In this document: positions 9,424 through 16,000 of the stretch, in pieces
Layout of the letters: each line of letters begins with the position of its first letter
How positions within the stretch are numbered: the first letter of the stretch is position 1
Origin: Takakia lepidozioides
Lineage: Eukaryota > Plantae > Bryophyta
Direction: 5' to 3'
Assembly: GCA_030704615.1 (NCBI GenBank)
Contig: JAKLZA010000050.1
Span: forward strand, 1-16,000
DNA: 16,000 nt
Notes under the pieces: generated by a model
Database searches by the model: none
What the model was told of the DNA's origin: nothing
The model's input: the letters and a program-made list of their open reading frames with translations, nothing else
Translations under genes and position numbers: made by a program

Positions 9424-11060
9424 GAATGCGGCGCCGCATTTCCGTTAAGTACCATCACGAAGCTACACATCCGTACTTGTTGGAAGAAAATGCGGCACCG
9501 CATTTCCGTTCCACCTTCACATACCTTAGTTGTTGAACGGAAATACGGTGCCGCATTTCCGTCCCACAGCTCCATGTATGAGATTCAAAAGGGAAATGCG
9601 GCGCCGCATTTCCGTTCTGGAATGTCGAAAGGTGCGATTCGGACGGGAATGAGGCACAACATTTCAGTTCCCGTGGTTCATGATTTTCAATGTGAACGGA
9701 AATGCGGTACCGCATTTCCGTTCCCCCTTCACATACGTTAGTTGATGAATGGAAATGCCGTGCCACATTTCCGTTCGGGAAAGTATAGAGGTCTCACCTG
9801 GACAGAAATGCGGTGCCGCATTTCCGGTCTCGAAAGTTTGAAGGTCTCACATGGATGGAAATGCGGCAACACATTTCCGTAGCACAGCTCCAGGCCCCAT
9901 ATAGAAAACGGAAATGCGGCGCCGCATTTCCGTTCTAGAATGTCGGAAGATGCGACTCGGACGGAAATGCGGCGCCGCATTTCCGTTTTGGAATGTCGGA
10001 AGGTGCGACTCCGACGGAAATGCGGTACCGCATTTCAGTTCCGATTTTTCAGGATATTTCATCAGAACGGAAATGCGGTGCCGCATTTCCCTTTTGAATC
10101 TAATACATTCCGTTCTGGAATGTTGGGAGGTGCGACTCGGATGGAAATGCATTGCCGCATTTCAGTTCCGATGGTTCACGATTTTCAGTCAGAACGGAAA
10201 TGCGGTACCGCATTTCCATTCTTGGAATGTTGGTAGGTGCGACTCGGATGGAAATACGCTGCCGCATTTCAGTTCAGATGGTTCACGATTTTCAGTCAAA
10301 ACGGAAATGCGGTACCGCATTTCCGTTCTGGAATGTTGGTAGGTGCGACTCGGATGGAAATACGCTGCCGCATTTCAGTTCAGATGGTTCACGATTTTCA
10401 GTCAGAACGGAAATGCGGTACCGCATTTCCGTTCTGGATAGTATGAATGTCTCAAGCGGTCGGAATTGCGCTGTATGAAGCTGTCGGAATCGCACTCGGC
10501 TCCATGCATCAGATACAAAATGGAAATGCGGCGCCGCATTTCCGTTCTGGAATGTCGGAAAGTGCGACTCGGACAGAAATGCGGTGCCGCATTTATGTTC
10601 CCGTTGTTCATAATTCTCAATCAGAACGGAAATGCGGTACCGCATTTCCGTTATGGAGAGTATGAATGTCTTTTAAGGACGGAAATGTGCTGCAGCATTT
10701 CTATCCCTCAGCTCCATGCATCAGATACAAAATGGAAATGCGGCGCCGCATTTCCGTTCTGGAATGTCGGAAAAGTGCGACTCGGACGGAAATGCGGTGC
10801 CGCATTTCTGTTCCCGTTGTTCATAAATCTCAATCAGAACGGAAATGCGGTACCGCATTTCCGTTCCACCTTCACATACCGTGCTTGCTGGATGGAAATG
10901 CGTTACCGCATTTCCGTTCTGGAGAGTATAAAGGTTTCCCCCGGACGGAAACTCGGTGCCGCATTTCCGTCGCTTTGGTGCATGACCAAGATGCAATACG
11001 GAAATGCGGCGCCGTATTTTCGTCCACCAGCAATCGAAAGAATCACTCGGGACGGGAAAT
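9424..11060. repeat. Array B: 30 copies of a 22-bp palindrome with ~53-bp period and a small set of recurring 31-bp spacers
   Basis: Repeat starts: 9424, 9486, 9539, 9592, 9645, 9698, 9751, 9804, 9857, 9910, 9963, 10016, 10069, 10143, 10196, 10250, 10303, 10356, 10409, 10462, 10522, 10575, 10628, 10681, 10734, 10788, 10841, 10894, 10947, 11000, plus a half-site at ~11055. Confidence 0.95.
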
Positions 11061-11451
11061 CTGGAACCTGAATGGGTTGCATTGTTCCGAAACAACACAA
11101 TTGCGGCCAGTCTTGATGAGCACAACTTGGTTGTCTGACCGTTTTAACTAACAGTACCGGCACTTGTCAGTGCGAACGTTCCTGTCTGCACCGAGAATAC
11201 TGCTGGATCCACCCTCAGGAGAAACTGTCAGGAGATGTTATTTCGTCGCCGAATCGGCCATCATTGTCATACTTACTGGCTATGGAATCAAACCTCCCAA
11301 CCTTCATGCATGTAGCTTGAAACAATACTTTCCACTTCAATGTGCGACTTCCAATCGTCGATGGACTCCGCAGATCCACTTAGATGGTGCCTGTGAGCCT
11401 TGGTCTGTCGCTATACTGAACCTCGCACTTGCCAACTCCGTGCGGTGTTCG

Positions 11452-14400
11452 ATGGCTCCGAATTCCTACGCTATAGTTTGCTGTCCTCCGCAACTTGGGA
11501 GAGCCTGGATCCCAAACGAGGGAGGACTTTGCAGAGTGACTGAAACTTACCTTTGTTCCAAATTCAAGCTCAAACCGGGCACAGTTTATTTGGAAGAAGA
11601 AAGGAAGGATGTTCCTGGACAGGTTGACGAGACCATTGTCGTGCTAGGTAACGACGGAGGTTGCGGAATCGAATGGCACGTTCCCCCGTCAGACACCATC
11701 CTGTACCGAGCTGTGGGAATGCCCATTCCCTTTCCGAATCAGTCGCTGCCCACACCATCCACAAAGGAGTCCGGAAACCGAGAGGCGGCCACTGCCAACA
11801 GAGAGGTATGCAACGATAATCATTCCCGACCTGGACCGTCAAGACCCTCCATAGCTTCTCGTGTGGACGTATTCGACATTTCCGACGAGGAAGATGATTG
11901 CATTGAGGTACCCATGTCCTCCACACGGTCGTTCAAATCCGGCATGGACGTCTCTGTCGGTGCTACGAATGTGCCCTCGAGCATAACTCCAACCCGGTCC
12001 ATTGTGCAGCTCCTACGACAACATCACCTCGATGGTTCTCGCTCCGAGCTGGCTGCTCTCGACTATGCCAAATTCCCAGTCAGAAAGGTAACTTTTCTGC
12101 CTCCCGAAGTCGATGGCAATGTCATCTTCGAGTTTCCACCTGTTTCTTCGTCAAACAAAGCCTCCGGGATGTTAACAGACATGGATCGAAAGCATGACGG
12201 ACACCCCTGGTGTGTGACGAAGACCAGTAGCACGAAAATTGCTGATGGTGTTCGTGTACGATATGTCCTCTGTGCGGGGAAGCTGAGGTGCCTCAATCCC
12301 ACCTGCTTCCACTTTCTCTCCAAAGGAGGGCGGAGAAACGAGACGGATTGGACTGGCACAACGCATCATCCATTCATTGTCTCCAGCCAAGCTCCTGCGG
12401 GTTCTTTCAAGTGTGCACATTGCAAAGAACCACCGACGTGCATGTCCATGTGCAGAGCCAAGCAATATTACGTAATCCATTTGCTCCCGGACTTGACTAG
12501 AGCTTGCATACACGTTGGGGTCCACTGCCACCCCTTGGCGAGAGGCAACATGCGTGAGGCTGTGCAGGAAGCACACGACATCATAAAAGAGGAGGTGAAA
12601 TTGAGCCCCGGAGCCAGACCAAAGCAGATTCAGCTGAAGGCAGCCCACAAGATTGCTCTTGGCAAAATCATGTCTGAAGATGGTTCCGACCGAGAGCCCT
12701 TGACCGAAGACGAGATGCGTGACCTCTTGGAGTCCGTCTCGCACGTTTGTAGTCCGAATGTGCGGAATCACATCGTATCTTGCAAGCAGGAGTTCGGCAG
12801 GGGGTCGGACATGTACTCAATCCTGGAGGTGAAACGAATGACTGGATATGACTACATCCAAGGTAGCAGGTTTCCAGGGCAAGGCAGCGAATCCGATCGT
12901 TGTTACATTTTCAAAATGTCGACGTGTGGGCCTGGGAGTGGAGTCGACTTGGTCACTCGCATGACAACTGGAAACTTGTCGAATGCTTGGGTGATGTTTG
13001 ATCACATCAAGCGAATTACAAACCATCAGTGGGTGACTATGGGTGCGCATGTTTATGACTATCACTCCAAGAGGCTCATGACGATTGCAATCTGCGAGAT
13101 GAAAGGGGAGGACACACAGTCCGAAATGCATCTGTGGGAGGGCATAAACGAGCAGATGGCAAGGGCGGGATTGCCAGAGCCCAATTTCAGGGGATTCATG
13201 GCAGACAACGCTCAGGCCAACTGGGCAGCGGTGCGGCGTGTGTACGGTGAGGACCCCAATGTTCCAATGGAGGGGAAAGAGAGATCCTGTGGATTCCATT
13301 GGATGCAGAGTCTATCCCACTACACTACCAAATTTGTTGCTAGCTCATTCCAGGCTGAACACCGTGTCCTTTGTACGGCGTGGAAGGATGCACCCACATT
13401 TGATGACGCGGAGGTTAAGTTTGCTATCATCGAGGCTTGGTGGAACACGTCAGGTGCAGTGGAGACAACCAATCTGGGAGCATTGCACAGCTGGTTGGGG
13501 TGGTGGCATTTTCGGTATCGACAGTTCGGACAGTACATGCGGGAGGTAGGCTGCTGTCAATTTCGTTCATTTGTCTTTCTGTTACGGACATTTCGATTGG
13601 TCCCTCACCATTGTTTGTGTCCTTCTAGGAGCGGTGCTTGGATTCCGACACGGACATGCCGAACACGAATATGGCAGAATCGGTCCACTCCTCTGGCGAG
13701 CGTCTTCTGCCGCACATCTGGTGGACGTAGTGACGGCCACAACGGAGGACATCGACAGAGCAATCATGCAGCAAGCCACGTACTACAAGTTCCTGAGCGG
13801 CAAACAATGGGGTTTTGGGCCGGACAGGGAGGAATTGTTGGTACGAACAGCTTCGAGGTCCAAGAATCCAGTGAAATGGGCGACAGCATTGCGAGAGAAG
13901 ATCAAAGGGACGCCTCTGCACCGCAGAGGTGAACACCTAGAGGGGGACGTCCGGACTCGCCCTGTCAGGCGGAGGATTGAAGAGGAACCCGGGTGCGAAG
14001 AGGATTCCTGGAGATCCGACAGGAACATTCGGACAGCACCTCGAGGTCCCGTCATGTTGCCGCACAATGTGTCTTCCAGCAGTGGAAGCCCAAGAAATTC
14101 CAGATCGCCGTCGCCTTCAACCGGGGATTTCGTGCAAAAAATTCCCACCGCTCCCTTGCCCCACATTCCGCCCGCTGTTATGCAGTATGGCCAAGCCATT
14201 GTGGAGACGACTGTGTCTGCATCACAGTGGAGAATTGCTCGCACAAAGCCGTCGTTTCGAGGAAGGTGTTCCGCAATTCGTGTGGATACACGGCAACGTT
14301 GTTTAGAGATGATAAGGAGGAATCCAGATGGGGCTGTCCCTGCTCCTACTTTTACAGGAAGATTTGTCCATGCAAAGTTTGCGGAGGCGACAACCACCCA

Positions 14401-15058
14401 GTTCTGGTTCTGCAGGCACGACATTATGACTTGCGTGTATGGAAAGCCCAAGTACGGCATACAAACAATGCCAGAGGCTCCCCCGGTGTGGCCGGTGGAA
14501 CCAGGCTGCGATCTGAGTCAGGTTGAGGCCGACGCCCTTACCGCCGCAGGATTTCGGATGGTGCAGCGCACTGACGTCCCCAGAGAACCATTTCCGCTTC
14601 CACAGCCTCCACCACCGACCCCTGTGAGAGCAAGAACAATGGGACACGACAGCTCTAAGCATCCTACACACCGTTGGGGGAAACCGAAGAGGCGGCGACC
14701 TCCCTCAAAAGTGAACGAGACAAGGATGGGGAATGCACTTCGGATGAACTGTACAATCCAGAGCTCGACAGAAGTGCCCCCACCAGGATTCGGGCGTGTG
14801 TATCAGATGGCCACGGCGGGCTCAGCTGTTCGCAATGAGGTGTACACCATCACCATTTCAGAATTACCCACCTGCAATTGCACCGACTTCCAGATCATGG
14901 CGAACAAGGGGGCATCATACTGCCCTTGCAAGCATTTGTACTACGTGTACCTAAAGAGACTCCGTTGTAATTCCACAACTCATCACTTCATACATGCACC
15001 AGGGTTGAGCCCCCAGGAGGTTCACACTCTTCTGAATATGGATCCAGGGGACCAGTGA
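11452..15058 (+). CDS. Mutator-like DDE transposase with GCM-type DNA-binding domain and C-terminal SWIM zinc finger (one intron, one frameshift)
   Basis: Exon 1 ~11452-13545 (first ATG, MAPNSY; start uncertain), intron 13546-13628 (GTAGGC...TTCTAG), exon 2 13629-15058 with a 1-nt frameshift at ~13693. Catalytic motifs: MFDHIKR, FMADNAQANWAAVRRVY, CGFHWMQSL (CxxH), and PNTNMAESVH (catalytic E, readable only after splicing). GCM-like region 12196-12534. SWIM CNC...CKH at 14873-14935. Confidence 0.85.
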
Positions 15059-15309
15059 GCTTGGCTTGCGGTCCCGATACAATGGTACGCCCATCCTTTT
15101 CGGATAGTAGAACTGTACTGCTGCCAGTACCTCAGACTCTGGCCACAGAAAGGTCCGACATATGTCTTGCCTACCAGTAACCTGTTTTGCTCGAACTAAG
15201 ATATTACTATATCGTTCACTTGCTTCCACGTGCATGTATTTTTGTATGTTGGAGGGTTCATGTTTTTCTGCTTTCCGAAAACTTGCTTTCCTCATTCGAC
15301 CTCCGACAA

Positions 15310-15421
15310 GGAAATGCGGCGCCGCATTTCCAAGTATCGTCGTAGGTACTGGCAGCCTTCGCCAACACCAAACCGCTCCGAAATTTCGCACGTGCGAACC
15401 CTAATGCGGCACCTTATTTCC
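15310..15421. repeat. Two further palindrome copies in the right arm
   Basis: Perfect GGAAATGCGGCGCCGCATTTCC at 15310-15331; degenerate AATGCGGCACCTTATTTCC at 15403-15421. Confidence 0.85.
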
Positions 15422-15799
15422 CAGTTCAGTTGCAAACCTTTCCCGCCGAATACCCGAAGAAGACAGAATTGTGAAGTACTGCAGACTGTATTGGTGCAGA
15501 CTCCATTGGTTCAATCGCGGCAAAAGGGTCAGCTTCATTCCAATGTTAAGGCATGTAAAACCGCGGAATACTCTATACAGGCCAGTATGCGACATCCTTT
15601 TGCAGTGGTATACTGAATTTCCCGTTGCACGGTCACTTATTTCCATGAGCGGATCTAAAAAACCATGAGCGGACTTGTTACTGACGACATATCTTCGCCG
15701 CATTACATGATCTGGAACGTCCAAAAACGGCAAGGTCAAATAAAAAACTATTATTTTAATACTTATTTAATCTGCCGCATTTCCAAATTTGGAGGAGTC

Positions 15800-15903
15800 C
15801 GCTCATGAAATCCGCGTATCTTAGACTTCGGCTCACCGCTCATGCGGCTCATGCGGCTCATGGCTCATGGCTCATGGTTTCTGCTCATGAAATAGTAAAC
15901 CTC
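15800..15903 (-). repeat. Right terminal inverted repeat plus tandem GCTCATG sub-terminal repeats
   Basis: GCTCATG (reverse complement of CATGAGC) at ~15801, 15838, 15847, 15856, 15863, 15870 and 15883, followed by AAATAG-TAAACCTC. Confidence 0.85.
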
Positions 15904-16000
15904 GTGGGGAGCATGTGGTGTTCTGTGTCCCCATTACACAAACGCCATCTCTCTCTCACTACCAACCCAACCCTTTATACAAGTGACGAAGTTTTTTCCA

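Larger units (their letters stand above)
699..15903. mobile_element. ~15.2-kb Mutator-like (MULE) DNA transposon with cargo genes
   Basis: Inverted ends: left GGGGGCTG-CTATTTCATGAGC (699-719) and reverse complement of right GAGGTTTA-CTATTTCATGAGC (15903-15883), with a perfect 13-bp core. CATGAGC sub-terminal repeats occur at both ends in inverted orientation. There is an internal MULE-type transposase and one palindrome family spread throughout. Exact ends are uncertain by a few bp and there is no clean TSD. Confidence 0.8.

Noticed and set aside
9424-11060. Bona fide CRISPR array
   Set aside because: Spacers recur in a few classes instead of being unique, repeats are degenerate throughout, there are no cas genes, and the context is eukaryotic and intron-containing.
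9170-11163. Many overlapping ORFs with KCGAAFP / EMRRRIS / GNAAPHF repeats (also at 3028-3948)
   Set aside because: These are translations of the palindromic DNA repeat in all six frames, with no evidence of coding.
11164-11451. N-terminal 96 aa of the 922-aa ORF
   Set aside because: It begins at a TTG, which is unlikely in a eukaryote. The first ATG is at 11452, although an upstream exon cannot be excluded.
14951-15739. Possible small minus-strand gene in the right arm (ORFs 15401..15739 and 14951..15391)
   Set aside because: No recognisable motif, the ORFs run through repeat copies, and I could not build a convincing splice model.
699-15903. Assignment to Sola, Kolobok or CACTA superfamilies, or to a prophage
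   Set aside because: GRG...CYC-like ends recall Sola2, but the D-D-CxxH-E core with TNxAES and SWIM is Mutator-like. There is no TTAA TSD or CACTA terminus, and spliceosomal introns and the lack of virion genes exclude a prophage.

Overview
Eukaryotic DNA with GT-AG introns, probably from a non-seed land plant or alga (inference). A degenerate LTR-retrotransposon gag fragment (1-~698) is followed by what looks like one ~15.2-kb Mutator-like (MULE) DNA transposon (~699-15903). The element is bounded by short imperfect TIRs and CATGAGC sub-terminal repeats. It carries: (i) a spliced + strand transposase with a GCM-type DNA-binding domain, a D-D-CxxH-E core and a SWIM finger; (ii) a divergently transcribed multi-exon gene for a ParB-like (DGNHR) domain fused to a prokaryote-type beta-class N4/N6 DNA methyltransferase; (iii) a head-to-head pair of paralogous orphan genes around a hairpin; (iv) about 47 copies of the palindrome GGAAATGCGG-YR-CCGCATTTCC, 30 of them in an array with ~53-bp period between the two large genes. 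The palindrome half-site ATGCGG resembles the GCM recognition motif. This suggests a self-contained system of a GCM transposase, a phased binding-site array and an amino-methyltransferase. Gene models were assembled by eye and need a few single-base frameshifts.
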